A DNA stretch of 64,000 bases, taken from contig NC_134837.1 in the NCBI RefSeq assembly GCF_004210375.1, positions 252,553,964-252,617,963 of the forward strand. The letters run 5' to 3'. The first letter of the stretch is position 1, and every line of letters begins with the position of its first letter. The notes below the pieces were generated by a model. The model saw only the letters and a list, made by a program, of their open reading frames with translations, had not been told where the DNA came from and did no database searches. The stretch is from Tachypleus tridentatus (taxonomy: Eukaryota). Below, piece after piece: positions 50,905-64,000 of the stretch. Position numbers and translations under genes: made by a program.

Positions 50905-51215
50905 AAATGCAGAGATTTATTTACTATGTTAGTGTTTTTATACAAACAAACAAAGCTTTATTACCAAGTTACAAAATAGAAGACAAGTATTACGATGTTA
51001 GTGTTTTTCTACAAACAAACAAAGCTTTATCACCAAGTTACAAAATAGAAGACAAGTATTACATGTTAGTGTTTTTCTACAAACAAACAAAGCTTTATCA
51101 CCAAGTTACAAAATAGAAGACATTTATTTACTATGTTAGTGTTTTTATACAAACAAACAAAGCTTTATTACCAAGTTACAAAATAGAAGACAAGTATTAC
51201 GATGTTAGAAAACAT
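50905..51215. repeat. Minisatellite, 62-70-bp unit, about 4.5 copies
   Basis: gttagtgtttttatacaaacaaacaaagctttattaccaagttacaaaatagaagacaagtattacgat repeated. It produces the spurious ORF 50883-51116. Confidence 0.85.
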
Positions 51216-51622
51216 TAAGATTGTCAAACGAGTATTGCTTTATACTTAAAAATAATGATGGAAAAAATCATATTTACTATAACTGTAACATTGCTTCTTA
51301 CTCTAATGAATGTATAGTAAAATTTACTTCCATGACTTCAATTCTGTTTTACTGGATCAGATACATTATTATACTATTCCAAAAGGCATATCAATGCACA
51401 TGTGTGAATTTCACCAAGTTAAAATGTCAATTATATGTTAACAAGGCCACTTAGTTTCTCATCTTCTTTACCTGATTTACAACTTTATATGTCACATTTA
51501 TTCCCATAAAATATGACTCTGTGAGGAAAAAGCCTTAAAAGCAATATTTCCATCACCATCTTAAAGTATTAATGGCAAGACATAGAAATAAGCTTAAATG
51601 CACAGAAGTATCAACCATGTAC

Positions 51623-51779
51623 CTCTCTGAATTCAGATAATGTCAACCTAAGAGGTCCATGACACTGAGGTCTTGTTAACCAGTGGATGGCACAAGCAGA
51701 TGTATTTTGTATTGCTTCAATATATACGGATGATGAGAATGGTTCGTTCAGGGCCTGTTGTCGTACCAAACTGTGGTAC
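51623..51779 (-). CDS. NACHT-WD40 gene exon
   Basis: gttgaaag|.YHSLVRQQALNEPFSSSVYIEAIQNTSACAIHWLTRPQCHGPLRLTLSEFRE|gtacat. Lies within the minus-strand ORF 51611-51850. Confidence 0.5.
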
Positions 51780-53631
51780 CTTTCAACACCAAAAACAAAT
51801 ACATATCTTAATATATAATATATACACACACACACACACATATATATCACAGTTCTTGTCAGTGTAACAATTTACTACTTAATAGTTGCTTTATATAACA
51901 AAACCAAGCTTAACAGCCATTGTTGTTAAGTTATATATAAATAATGAAATATTCAAATGTAAAAATTTTCCCAACATTATATAGCTGTTCTTTTGTTATT
52001 AACTGTACAACATTAATAACGTTACAACAGCAATTACAAATATTCTAAAAACATTATTTTAAACTAGTTTTTTGACAACACATGGTTTTACGGTTTGATG
52101 TTTCTAACATAAGACTCTTCTCCAAGAGGCTTTTGTGCAATTATATATGTAATAAAGTCTTTGTAATTGATATTTCTGATTTCATTATAAGTAGTCTGGT
52201 ACATACAGAAATCACACTGTGTGTGCAGTAGGCAGGGATGCTTGTGTGTCCTACATATTAAGTAGGTAGCGCTTGCATCATTAGAACAGTAGTATTATCA
52301 TTTCACGTACAAAACAATTTAATTTCTTTAGAAACAGCTTTGGTTTTAGATTTTATGTTGTTTTTTTTGTTCAATGTACTTTCAAATTTGCTTCAGGATT
52401 ATCTGCACTATTCTTCCCCATTTGCAAAATGACAGACTATATTAAAGACAGATAGTCAGCACTACCCATTATCTCTTGGGCTATTTTAATTAAATACTGC
52501 CATGGAATATTAAATTATAACAGGATGAACATATCTGGCAATGGGATTTGAGCCCCTTACCTGCACAATAAGAGTTAAGATAGACTAGATCATTTTGTTT
52601 TTTATTTAATGCTTTTTTTATCTGAAATCTTTGCTTTAAAGGTGTCACAAAATATACTTTTAATTTGATTACTTTGTTTCAATATTCAGTAGAGGTCATT
52701 TCAATATGTTTCATTATGCATCCACTCTTTTCTTTAAATTTAGTTGAGATCAGAGAATTCAGACTCACACTACAATAGATTTTCTGCTAAAACCTCCTGA
52801 TATCCTATGGCTCTTACTAAAATAATCTTAGATGGAAGTCAGTGAACTTCAAAATACACACATTTCTTGAAATTTACTGGACAAGGACAAATCAAAAGGG
52901 GTAATGATGAGGGTTAGAATCCCCCATAATTGATATAAATTAGTGACAACTGGTAAATCAAATGATAGGTTAAGCTTCAGATATATTTTAGAATATTTTA
53001 AGCAGTTTGTCAGCTAAATAATTCAGAAGACTAAATTAGTAGCACCAATGATACTTATGCTTGAGATTCCTCTGTAAACATAAGATCAAAAAGAAAAAAG
53101 TCATATCATACATATAATGCTTTTTCTAATAAAAAACAACACAAACATGATAAGTATCCAAGAAATGGAAGTAATGGAATATTGAGTTTTCAGAAACAAT
53201 TTGCCATCTTTACAATTTTTCTTAAACAGTAGGACAAAACACCTTTCATATTTTATTTAAAATTAACATGCAATGGTACAAGGACTATAACCGTAAACAC
53301 AGATATGAGTTTGAAGTTGGAGGTGCATACTGTAAATATTATATCCTTGATGACTGAGAAATGTGATAACATCTCTTACACCACAATTCCCACCTCCCTG
53401 CTTCGTAGTCAAAAAACAATTTATTATTGTGTTTGAGAATGACAAAATCACAGGTTGTAGAACTTAATAATTAAATATCACTAGAGCGTTAAACACAAAA
53501 TGTACTTGTACATCTCTAAAAGTAATGCATATTTCTATACTTACTCAACAGTCACACTGGAGAGCATATAAAATGATCAACATTACATTTTTATCAGAGT
53601 GACAGCCGGAAGTAATACTGAAACTACTAAC

Positions 53632-53944
53632 CTCAACAAAATGTGAAGGTTTCGAGATATAAACTGGTAGTAATCTTCAACCTTTTTGTTCAGATTCTCA
53701 TCTCTATTGAACATTTCTACTGTTGATATCCTAGTGTTAAATAAAGTGTTGAAACTGTCCAGCAAACATGCTCCTTGACCAAGTCTAAAAGAAGCCTCAA
53801 TAAAGCTGAGATCACAGAGAATTTCTGATAAATATCTAGTGCAAGAACCTCTGCTTAGATGGTAAGGAAGGGCCTGAAAAGCTTCTGGCCATTTACCAGT
53901 CCAGGTTTTAGAGCCTTGAGGGTCAGCTTTATGTAGCATTAGAG
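53632..53944 (-). CDS. NACHT-WD40 gene exon (helical region between the NACHT and WD domains)
   Basis: tttttgtag|..LMLHKADPQGSKTWTGKWPEAFQALPYHLSRGSCTRYLSEILCDLSFIEASFRLGQGACLLDSFNTLFNTRISTVEMFNRDENLNKKVEDYYQFISRNLHILLR|gttagt. Confidence 0.55.
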
Positions 53945-54775
53945 CTACAAAAAATATATCAAATATATATAGCCAAATTAACTAATGAATATAACTACAA
54001 CATGACAATCTTAATTTGAAGATCACTCAGTTACAAACTATAGAAAAAGTTTTCAAGACATGAAAAGCTAATATTAATAAATAATTTCTCATTTCACTAA
54101 TCATGGCCTAGATTTCCAAGTTTTTGTTCAAAAAAGTGTAAAAATAGCAACATGTGATATAATTTATACACAATCCTGTCAACAGTTGGTACACAATATT
54201 TATTACTGTTAAAAAATGAAAAATACATTCAAATTACAAGAAGGCAAAGTTTATATACAGCTACAAGTCACATACTAATAACAAACGTCAAGTAAAAAGA
54301 TGTTACAGTATTATTACATGTCCTTTTAAACATACGTAAGATCTAAATGACAAATGTAGATTAAATCTGTGTGTGTATATATATATTAATATATATAGTG
54401 AAATTAAATAATTACATTTAAATGAAGTTAAATAAGTAACCAAAATCATGAGGAAGGACTGTGTTAAAAACAGCAAATCCCATCCTCTGATTAACTATAT
54501 TATAAACATAAATTTTTAAGCCAAATCAAAACACATTAAAATTAAACAAAATATACTGCATTAAAAAAAACACAAAAAAACAGGGTACAAGCTACAATGT
54601 GGGATTATAAAATGTATCCCTGGTTTTAGAGATGACCGCAGAAGTAGGACCGTCTATCAGTCTTAACCTCAATTTCGTTAGTCTCACATAAGATTAGAAA
54701 TTAGGAGAGCAAGATGTGGGTGCTCAAGCCTACAATGTCCCACATCTATATCACCCTTCACAGAAAAAATCTTAC

Positions 54776-54907
54776 CTGCTAGAATAAAATGGAGATTAAC
54801 ATTCTGTTGTTTTCTAAGAGAGTTTAGGTATCGAACTTGTAAAGCTTTTTTAATTTCCACGTGAGACAGACGTAGTGCATCTCCACTAACAGTAGAAAAC
54901 AAGTAGA
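54776..54907 (-). CDS. NACHT-WD40 gene exon
   Basis: ctag|VYLFSTVSGDALRLSHVEIKKALQVRYLNSLRKQQNVNLHFILA|gtaaga. Confidence 0.55.
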
Positions 54908-55139
54908 CTAGATTACAATCTGTCTCTTTTAAACAGATAACATTCAATACAAAATTCTTTAAAAGAAATAATGACATGTAATAAGTAATAGAATACATAC
55001 CAGAAAGATATGATGATCAACATTAAATTGTCTTTCACTTGATGTAAAAACAAAACAGACCATTGATCAAAATTAATTACCTGTGCCCAAAGTATTAAAA
55101 CAACCATAGCTGACAAGATTTAAACTTTCACAGTGAACA

Positions 55140-55500
55140 ATTTAGAAACATAGCATCATCAGAAAGAAATCACTTATCAGTACAGCAGCAGCAAGAAATC
55201 ATTTGAAAATACAGCAGCATAAGAAGAAAATCATTTAAAAACACAGCACCATCAATAAACAATCATTTAAAAACACAGCATCATGATAAAGTAGTCATTT
55301 AGAAACACACAAGTTGAGAGTAGAATCGTTCAGAAGTATGGCAGCACCAGAAAGAAATCATTTAGAAGCAATGCATCATCAAAAACAAATTACATCAAAG
55401 AACAACATCAGAGAAAGCAGTTTTTTTTAAACACACAAAACCATAAGAAAGCAATCATTTAAAAGCACAGAATCATCAACCAGTAAGTTAGAAACAAACA
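55140..55500. repeat. Degenerate tandem repeat, about 36-bp unit, about 10 copies
   Basis: Recurring aaacacagcatcatcagaaagaaatcatttag variants. Confidence 0.7.
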
Positions 55501-55564
55501 GGTATCAGAAAGTGTCTAGTTATGTATAAAATTATGTATTTAAAATGTTTTCATTTAGGAAATT

Positions 55565-55795
55565 TGTTTATAGCAAAGCTACTACTTAAGACTCTCTGAT
55601 GCCACTATGTAATTCTAAGCTGTAGACCACAGGGAAGGTAACTGTTTATCGACACCCACCATCAACTTTTGGAATATTCTTTGTCAATGAACAGTAAAAT
55701 TGACTGTAAAATAACAACTTCCTAATGGCTGAAAGGGAGAGCATGTATGCTGCCAGATGGAAAGTACCACCAGGCTATGCCAGGTCCCCTTATCA
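55565..55795 (-). mobile_element. tRNA-derived SINE, diverged copy
   Basis: The reverse complement reads ggggacctggcatagcctggtggtactttccatctggcagcatacatgctctccctttcagccattagg...aaagttgatggtgggtgtcgataaacagttaccttccctgtgg. Confidence 0.55.
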
Positions 55796-57092
55796 TTTAA
55801 TAGTTGTACTAGATATACAAATTATACTGTATTATAGAAATTGATAAATACTGCTAAAATAAAACTTTTGATACTCATCAGAACAGATTAATTCCTTTTT
55901 TGCTCATAACATAAGCTAAACATAATTTTTTTAATGTTTACAGTTCAGTTCTAAAATATACATATAAGCAGTGGTTATTGCTATAGAAAACTAGATTAAT
56001 ACATACAGTTTCACAAATATTTATGATTCCACTGTAATAAACAATATACCAATCTAGTATCAACAGACAAGAGGTAGTGAATGTACAAATTCTTATCACA
56101 AGTTATTGTCACAACTTAAATGATGTAAAGACTTACAAATTTGACAAAAAATTTCAAATCTATAAAAATGTAACATACTAATGAAAGTTTACAAAAAAAA
56201 TCAAAATATCCACTTCTATTATACTACCCTTTTTATCGTGGGTATCCTTCACTGAGCATTCCTCAAAGTTTCAGTGTCTTACATTCAAAATTATATATTC
56301 AAAATATATAGAAATAGGGGGAGAAAATAACAGATAAAATATAAAATTTTATTGAAAAGGAAAAAAAAAACCGTTTGAAATGTACTTATGTAGTTTCAGA
56401 GATTACACAAACAAAATTTGAGATTTTTGAGGTGAAGAAAAGTATTTTTATTCTTAACATGAAAATTACTTTGCATATGGACCATTCAAAACTAATAGTA
56501 TATATATTTATTCATAGGTAAATCTATTTTTTGTTTATTAAAACCTTCACTAAAAATAATTTTCTTGTATGTGAAAGAATTATAATGTCATCTGAAAGAC
56601 TTACAAATTTTGTAAAGATATACATCCACTATATAGAAAGTTTGAAGTATTAAACCTATAGACTTTAAATGAGTACAAGGAGCTCATATGGTCATTTGAA
56701 AGACTTAAACATATGAATAAATAGCAGCTACAGAGAACTATCACACAATAAAGAAATTTTCTTTTTAGTGTGGAAGTGGGTCATTCTTTCTTCAATTCAG
56801 TCAGTATCACACACTAACTACTTTTTAGGTTAATATGGTATTTTCCATCTACAAATTTTGAGTCATGAGACATGATAAAGAAAGAATAATTATGCTTTGT
56901 AAGGTACCAAATTTCATAGAATATGTACATGTAGCATATATTTTGACAAATAGAAATGTTAATTATCCTGGAATGTACTTAAAAGAGTATCTCTTTGGAA
57001 CCTACACTGATTGAAATTTCAAACAAATATTGGAAGAGACAATATAAAAACATTTTTAATATTGTTTGGTAATCACTGATAATGCAACCTAC

Positions 57093-57279
57093 CACTGGTC
57101 TCCTGTAGGATGCAAAAACCTATGTAGTGACAAAACCAACTTGGAAAATAATGCAGGAGGAATCATGGCATCTGGTTTCAGTGTACTAATTTTCTGCTTA
57201 AAGGCATCCACATCCTGACCAATTGAAGGTAATGTGCCTTGGATGCTGAGCAGAGTATGAAGGTCTCTCTCTTCCAGAC
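57093..57279 (-). CDS. NACHT-WD40 gene exon
   Basis: cttccag|.LEERDLHTLLSIQGTLPSIGQDVDAFKQKISTLKPDAMIPPALFSKLVLSLHRFLHPTGDQ.|gtaggt. Confidence 0.55.
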
Positions 57280-58307
57280 CTGGAAGTTTGGTGAAAGAAA
57301 TTATGTTCATTCAGAGACATAAAAGAAAAACAAGTAAAAATATTAACCACAACATAAAATAATTGTGCAAATTAACTGTGTAATATTTTACAAAACAAAT
57401 CAAATTCAAATGATTGTATTTATCAAAAGCAACACATTAAAAAACATATATACTAAAACAAAATGTGACAACTTCTTCTGTTAATCCTGCATATCTTAAT
57501 AAACCATAGTAAAAACTATGTCAATAATGGTTTTTATTTCACATTAAACTGTAAAAGTACCAGGAAAATTTATGTTAGGTTAAAAAATTATTCAATGGTT
57601 TCCATGTTTCAGATATAGTATTGTTTATAAGCTATAAATTTTTACAAATGCAGAATGGGCCAGAATAATACCTCAAGATTAATAACATTCCACATAAATA
57701 ATGAAGTTCTTTCAATCAATAAGAACAGAAATGTAACATATTAACCACATACTAACTAATTATACAAAACATGTAAGATATTATAGTTCTGACCATAAGG
57801 TGTCAATGCCAAGTACAAAAAAGCCATCTGAACCAGTTGAAAACCATGTTCTTTCTCTATGTTCTGTACCATTTCTTGTAACAATGATGGTAATGTTTGA
57901 GGCAAGCTCCTTAACTGGGCAGTAAGCTAGGAAATTAAATATAATAGTAAATACATATCCTTCTCAGAGGATTAACACGATTAATTATTAACATGAACAA
58001 GAAAACAGTATGCCCTTAATGACCGTATCTGCAATGTTAATTTTCATCCTTTATGTACATACACACACACTTACTTCTCCGTATTTTCTTAACTGTTTCA
58101 CTATGAACTATATAATCTTTGTTTTGGCTTTGAAATGTGTGATATTAACCACATGTAAGCTTGTAATTTTGTCCCATCATGAAAAAATGGTATTCCTCTA
58201 AGTTTCTCAGAGTTTACAAGTTTCAGTTTTGGGATAAATAATAAAAAATTAAGCTATCTTGTTTGTTTTATTGTGTGTCTAGAAATAGAGTATCTGTAAA
58301 ACTTTTA

Positions 58308-58602
58308 TTTCACTTACATTTTCATAGCCTCCAAAAGCTCGGAGCTCCTCACAAGCTAATGAAAGGTACAAAGGTTGTGATGCATCACTCTTACTAACTA
58401 GTAGTAGCATTTGATTATTAAATGGGCTTTCATCCAATGACTTACGATGTGGCTGAAGTAGCACGGTAACAACACTTTTACGTTCTGACAAACAAAGCTG
58501 TTTCAGTGAAATGAACCTAACAGAAGGACCTGCTTTCATTCTATCTAAAAAGGTGCGATATGTAGAAGAATCTTCTGATACACTACAGACTATCTTCACT
58601 CC
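58308..58602 (-). CDS. NACHT-WD40 gene exon (NACHT-associated region)
   Basis: tttggcag|GVKIVCSVSEDSSTYRTFLDRMKAGPSVRFISLKQLCLSERKSVVTVLLQPHRKSLDESPFNNQMLLLVSKSDASQPLYLSLACEELRAFGGYEN|gtaagt. Confidence 0.65.
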
Positions 58603-60360
58603 CTGCCAAAGAAAGTCAGAGAAACACATTTGGAATAAGAAAGAGCATAAATTCAAAACATTTGAATGTTTTTAACAGGAACAAAATACATATCAAATGC
58701 TTCCTTCAGAGTTTTACAGATTTATTGACAGATTAGTCCTATTTGTAAGTAACGATGAAATAAAAGATGCGTATAATCCAAACAAATACTTTCTTTGTCT
58801 ACCTATCTATATGAATGTATGTATAATTCTTTTTACATTAGTTTACAATTAATATTAAAGTGCTAGTATTAAAGAAAAAATTTAAAAATTCAAACTGCAA
58901 AAATACTAAAGCTATTAGGCAAATCTTGAACATATAGATAATTGCAGCATCTAAAATACACGTAGAGTTCACAAGCACTCCTAGTTGTACAATACTGATA
59001 TTAAACAACTTAATGGGATAGTGGATAGATTCCATATACAAAAGCTCAGTCAATTTGAAACCATTTCATTCTCATTGAAGTAAATAACAATTTACTCAAG
59101 GTAACTGTACACTTATATGCACTGCTGCACATTTTGTTCCTCGTGTAAAACTTGAAATTAACACCAGTCCTGTCATCAGTAGTGAGTAAAAGTTTAATAT
59201 AGACAAGACAACTTTTGTTTCTTTAACACATCTAAATAACGAAGTAACTACTTCCAATGTAAATTTTATGTTTATTGTGGACCTTTTTAATAATCAATTA
59301 TGTTTTGCACAATTATAAACAAAAACAAAAATCTAAAAATTTTCAACAATGACAACAACAAAAATAAAAATTACATTACCCAATACCAGAGACAGTAAAC
59401 TTATTGTTTTTTTCTTGGATGATACAGTAAACATATAAACATAATATAGTAATGTCAGAGTTGAATAAAGAAGGGTAAAAATGTCTTGTGATTAATCGTC
59501 CATCTCAGGTCAAGACTGCTGAAGGGAATGAGATGATACACAGATCGTTATAATACTTTACTAAATATATAGATTTTATGTGGTTTTAAAGTAAAGTTCT
59601 AAGCAAAAAAAAATAGAAATAAAAATAAATTTTTGGGATATTAAAAATACTTTGAAGTAGCTATAGAACGTAATAAGTGTTACTACATGAGCGTTTCTGA
59701 AGAGAGTTATAAAATAAGGCTCTAAAGACACATTCAAGTATGTACACTTTTTTCCTTCTCTGCAAGACTATTACTTATATCTCTACTGTTAATATGGCTT
59801 AAAAAACATATAAAGTGATTATTCAACTGGAATTAATTTCTTGTTTGACAGAATCATAATTACTTCACAAATTACTAAAAACTATGTGTTGCAGTTATAT
59901 TTAAGTAGAATAAACAATTTCAAGTTGTTATGGAAACAAGGGTTTGTATTTATTACCCACAACGGTTTGTTTTACAATCACTTACTACTTACTGAGATGT
60001 ACTCTTTTCATAAAATACTGTTTTCATGTACTATGTTATCTCATGTTTTGGAATACAAGTTTTGCTTGCAGATAGTTGATGGTTTCTCTTGCATTAGTTC
60101 AAATTATGAAAAAGTAATAATGTTTATACTTACTGTATCATGACAAAGTATGAAAAATACAGCTTTGTTGTGAAAGTGTTGCATGTGTCATATTTTCAAT
60201 ATGTTATGAAAAACTAAAAACATGATTTCATTATAGATTTCTTCATCACAAAATCATACTTTACAACACAGTATGTGTTTTGGAATTTATATGCATAGTT
60301 AATTTTGAGCTACTAACTATCATAGCAAATAGCCTAAAAATATAATAAAAATGCCATATT

Positions 60361-60840
60361 CTTTTAACAGTCCAGTTGAATGATTTGGAGAAGGTTCAGA
60401 GAAAAGCCACTAGGATACCTAGGTTGGTGGGAGTGTCCTATGAGGAGCAACTACAGTCTCTAAACTTGTTTTCTCTGGAGAGGAGAAGATAACTCACGAG
60501 GTAATTTGATTGAATGTTTAAGATTATTATGGTATTGATAACACAGATCCATCAAAATGTTTTGTTTACCAGTGAAAACAATAGGACAAGCTCTCATAAG
60601 TTCAAGTTTTGGCAGCATAGCAGTCGTCCACAGTTTAGATAATATTATTTTTCAAACAGGGTGGTTGGTTTTCAAAATGAACTGCTTTCAAGGGTGGTGG
60701 AGGCAGAAAACTTGAATACAGTTCAATAACACACTGGATGAATACATGAATAGTAAGGGTTGGTTATAGTTGGGAGATGGAAGGGACATCCTTGATGGGC
60801 TAATAAGCTCATTTTTGTCCCTTTAAAATTATAGGAAATT
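60361..60840 (+). mobile_element. CR1-like LINE 3'-terminal fragment, intronic
   Basis: The frames read VQLNDLEKVQRKATRIPRLVGVSYEEQLQSLNLFSLERRR.LTRGNLIE (like CR1 [42 protein letters not shown]), then ..RTSSHKFKF..SRPQF (like RTRGHSLKL.KRRFRLD), then RVVGFQNELLSRVVEAENLNTVQ (like RVVRHWNRLPREVVDAPSLEVFK). Confidence 0.7.
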
Positions 60841-62380
60841 TATGAACAGGTTTCAATATAAACAGATAATGCAAGCACTAGCTATGTACAGAAGTGTTGT
60901 CAAGAAACTACTTTTTGTATTAGAAAATACAATTATTATCAACAACTTATTCTCTTTCTTCTATGGATGGATGTGGCTTAGTGGTTGATGTGTTGAACCA
61001 TGACTCCAAGCATCATGATTTGTGCCCCACTACCAAAAAACAGTATTCCTTGTTTTGGGATCACAGATACATTTTAAGAGGAGGTTTCAAATCTCACATT
61101 TTATTAGATTAATGGGTGCTGTTGATTTCTTGCATTTCTTCCAGTCCATCAATTCAAAATAACTGATAGCTAGTGTACATAGTCCTTGTGTTGCTTTTAA
61201 TTAATATCAGAAACTATTTAACTTTCACCAAACACACTTTTTCATTTTAGAATTTTATATGCATTCACATGGCATACCTGTTAAAATTATCATACACGCT
61301 TGTTTCATTGAATAAATTAACTCTTTTTTCTTGACAATCTATTTGAAAATATTGTTCAGATGCAATAAAAATACTTATTCATTAGCATAAAAATATACTC
61401 ATGAAAAACTACACAAAGGCTGACTGCACCGACCATCCCTACTTTTGAACTTATGTACAAGAGGAAAAACAGCATCCACCATCCACTCTCAGGTATTCTA
61501 ACTGAATAATAGAACTAAAAAGTAACTTTAATAATCCATGTCTCCTTATTCCAAAGTGCAGCACCACAAACCATTGACCTTCCTATTCACACTTGACATA
61601 TTCACCACGATTCCACATTGAGCCTTTAACAGAAATTAACTGGTTCAAGTAGTTTATATTTACTGTATAAAAGTGAATTCGTGAGAGAAATTTGGTGAAA
61701 CAGCCTACAATGTTGACTAATGCAGAAATTCACTTTATAAAATATTATCCCTATTTATTACAAGTAAAGGAGGAACAAGTTCTAATTCTAAATGGTGTCA
61801 ATAAAGTTCTTACACTTTAACGAGTTTGGAGATTTTAAGAGAAAAATAATTAAATAAAGGACAATTTCCAAAAGAAAAAAAACTATTTATTTTCCTCTTG
61901 TATCTGTTAAATAGCTAGTTATTTATTTATAGCTATATGAAGAAGGTTTCAAAATCCAGGTGCACAATCTATAAGGAATAATTTATATGAAGCCTAACTG
62001 AAAAGTATTTTTGAATACAAGAAAACAAAAAGGTGTTTACTGTGTATGGCACTGCTTCTATGTCATTACTTAAAAGTTTTGTTGTACATATACAAATATA
62101 TATGATAAATGTATTACTTTCACTAAGCTAACAAAAATTTAAATGAAGTTCAAAGCTAAACAAGATACCTACTTATATTAAAAGCAAGATTTAAAATCAA
62201 GCCAGTAATGAGTTCAGTTAATTAAATGAAGATACAGTAATTTTAATTAAAGTTTGGCTGCATGTTGTCATGTTTAAAACTACTGAACATGTAAATGCCT
62301 TGCAGAAGTGTAAGCAGCTACTAAAATGAAATATTCTCATAGGTGTGTCATTAAATAAAATAAACATGTAAAGCAACTTA

Positions 62381-62532
62381 CAGTAGGTAAGTCATGAGGC
62401 AGCCAGTCTAAACTTGGAGACTGTCCTTCATCTGATAATTGGTCTAAACCATCTATAAGGATTAGAAGTGTCTTACTTGAAGAAACAGAAACTGCTTCTT
62501 GTAGAATTTCCAGGAACTGGTGTTGTGCTTCT
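62381..62532 (-). CDS. NACHT domain exon containing the Walker B motif
   Basis: aaccag|.EAQHQFLEILQEAVSVSSSKTLLILIDGLDQLSDEGQSPSLDWLPHDLPT|gtaagt. hhhhDGLDE is the NACHT Walker B signature. Confidence 0.7.
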
Positions 62533-63784
62533 CTGGTTATTAAAATTGTGTAAAAGAAAACAAACAATTACAGCAACACATATGATCAATATCTAGTCCT
62601 AAATAACACCTACACTGTATTATCTACAGTAGCATTAACAGATAACCAAATACACAGTGCTGTAGAATTAATGAAAATTAAAAACTAAAACATGGTATTT
62701 TACTACTTAAATATTAACTATTCAAGTTTCAAACTCAGTAATATTTGGTTTAAAAAGAAAATAAAAGCACAGTTTTTGCTCTCTTACCACAAGCTATATT
62801 TTAAGAACTGTACTGATATAAATATAAAAAAATTATCTTCTAATGTCCAAGTATAAACAACAACAAAATTCAAAATGCAAAAGTGATGACAACATCATTT
62901 AGAAATTAGCTTTAATATTAAGTATAGGAACATTAATACGAACATTTTATAAAAATTAAATTCTAATAAAACAGAGCACAAGTTTAGACAAATATTAATG
63001 AAGCAAGCTAGTATTCAAAAATATCAGTTATGAAATATGACATAATGTGTTGAAAAATCCATAACTGTGATAATTAAAAAAAAGTTATTACAAATGACAT
63101 ACAGTGATGCCAATCTCAGTTTCATGTCATAATCCTTACAAAAAAAAAAAAAGAAATTTTTGTAAATAAACTTTATTAATTCAATATTTCACTATTGCAC
63201 CTTTGAAGCTGGAGATATAGGTAATGATACAATTTACATTTATAAAAGTGTCTCACCATAAACCCAGCTTGCATTGAACAAGTTACAGTTTTAACGAGAA
63301 ATGAATAATTAAGACATACAAGGAATTTTCATAGCATAAAAATGTCCAAGAGAAGTGTTTTACTATATTACTTGCTGCTATTTTTTATGTGTGAAACAAA
63401 TCACATACCACAGCACGTTTGAGACTCGTAAGAACAATCTTAATGTTTCTGTACTGATACATAACAAACTCAAATCAACTACTAAATTAATATAATACAA
63501 AATTTATAAACCCTACAGGAGCTATTCCCAAACATTGTTTAATATGTGTAGCAAAATTGACTTACCTTAAACTCAATATAAATAATTTGTTTTATTATGC
63601 TTTAAAAGCAACCTGAAACCCATTTACATGAAAACATTGGAAAAAATGAAAATATTAAAACTAGCAAAGTTACAACTTTATGGGTTCTTAAATATACACA
63701 CCCAATACGAGGTAACTGTAACAATACATTGTGCTAGTAAAGTAAAGAAAAATAAAGTACATCCAGTAACATTATGAACCCTAC

Positions 63785-63939
63785 TCTTTGTTTTTGGGCA
63801 GGGAACAGGTGAGATTCAGCTTGGAACAGATGCTGTTCAAAATATGCAGAAGAGTGTTGTCCAGAGCAGCAGACTGGGTATTTGTGTCTACAAAATGCGT
63901 CACGATGGGATGACCTTTGATCTTTTTACTGAGATGTGA
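63785..63939 (-). CDS. NACHT-region exon, 5'-most exon visible. The gene continues beyond the window end.
   Basis: ctccag|SHLSKKIKGHPIVTHFVDTNTQSAALDNTLLHILNSICSKLNLTCSLPKNK.|gtaggg. This is the only open frame. The P-loop exon is expected beyond 64000. Confidence 0.5.
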
Positions 63940-64000
63940 CTGGAGTAACAAAAGAAAAAAAGACGAAGTTTACTTCAAGTTCATCTATCAAAAAGAGGAA

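Noticed and set aside
1-64000. Prokaryotic-style features (operons, CRISPR arrays, RBS, rho-independent terminators, rRNA)
   Set aside because: The sequence is clearly eukaryotic: spliced exons with GT/AG boundaries, SINE, LINE and Tc1 content, and minisatellites. No CRISPR-like spacer-repeat arrays or rRNA-like regions were seen.

Overview
This is an AT-rich (about one-third GC) metazoan nuclear sequence. It has intron-containing genes, tRNA-derived SINEs, Tc1, hAT and CR1-type transposon relics and intronic minisatellites. There are no prokaryotic operons, rRNA genes or CRISPR arrays. Three things dominate the window. (1) A roughly 8 kb block is present twice, at 1-8012 and 12587-20594, in direct orientation with a 12,586 bp period and near-identical sequence; differences are mostly 1-bp homopolymer indels. 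Each copy holds a decayed Tc1-family transposon with a frameshifted transposase pseudogene, two minus-orientation SINE copies, an intact intronless 293-aa arylamine N-acetyltransferase (NAT)-like gene, and the last two coding exons of a large minus-strand gene. Copy 1 starts exactly at the window edge, so its true left limit cannot be seen. (2) A multi-exon minus-strand gene runs from past the right window edge (>64000) down to a stop codon at 19454. It encodes a NACHT/STAND NTPase module (Walker B motif LLILIDGLDQLSDE) followed by many WD40 repeats, so it is NWD/TEP1/APAF1-like in architecture. More than 25 exons can be traced by translation plus GT/AG splice sites, and one exon carries an apparent 1-bp frameshift. 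(3) The gene's introns are packed with repeats: CR1-like LINE fragments, a hAT-type MITE with 13-bp TIRs and an 8-bp TSD, one 45-bp and several 57-68-bp minisatellites, and a near-perfect ~170-bp hairpin palindrome in the last intron that is degenerate in the other duplicate copy. The 4.5 kb spacer between the duplicate blocks holds three more SINE copies and a LINE endonuclease-like fragment. No tRNA or rRNA genes are present. Exon boundaries are approximate, within a few bp.
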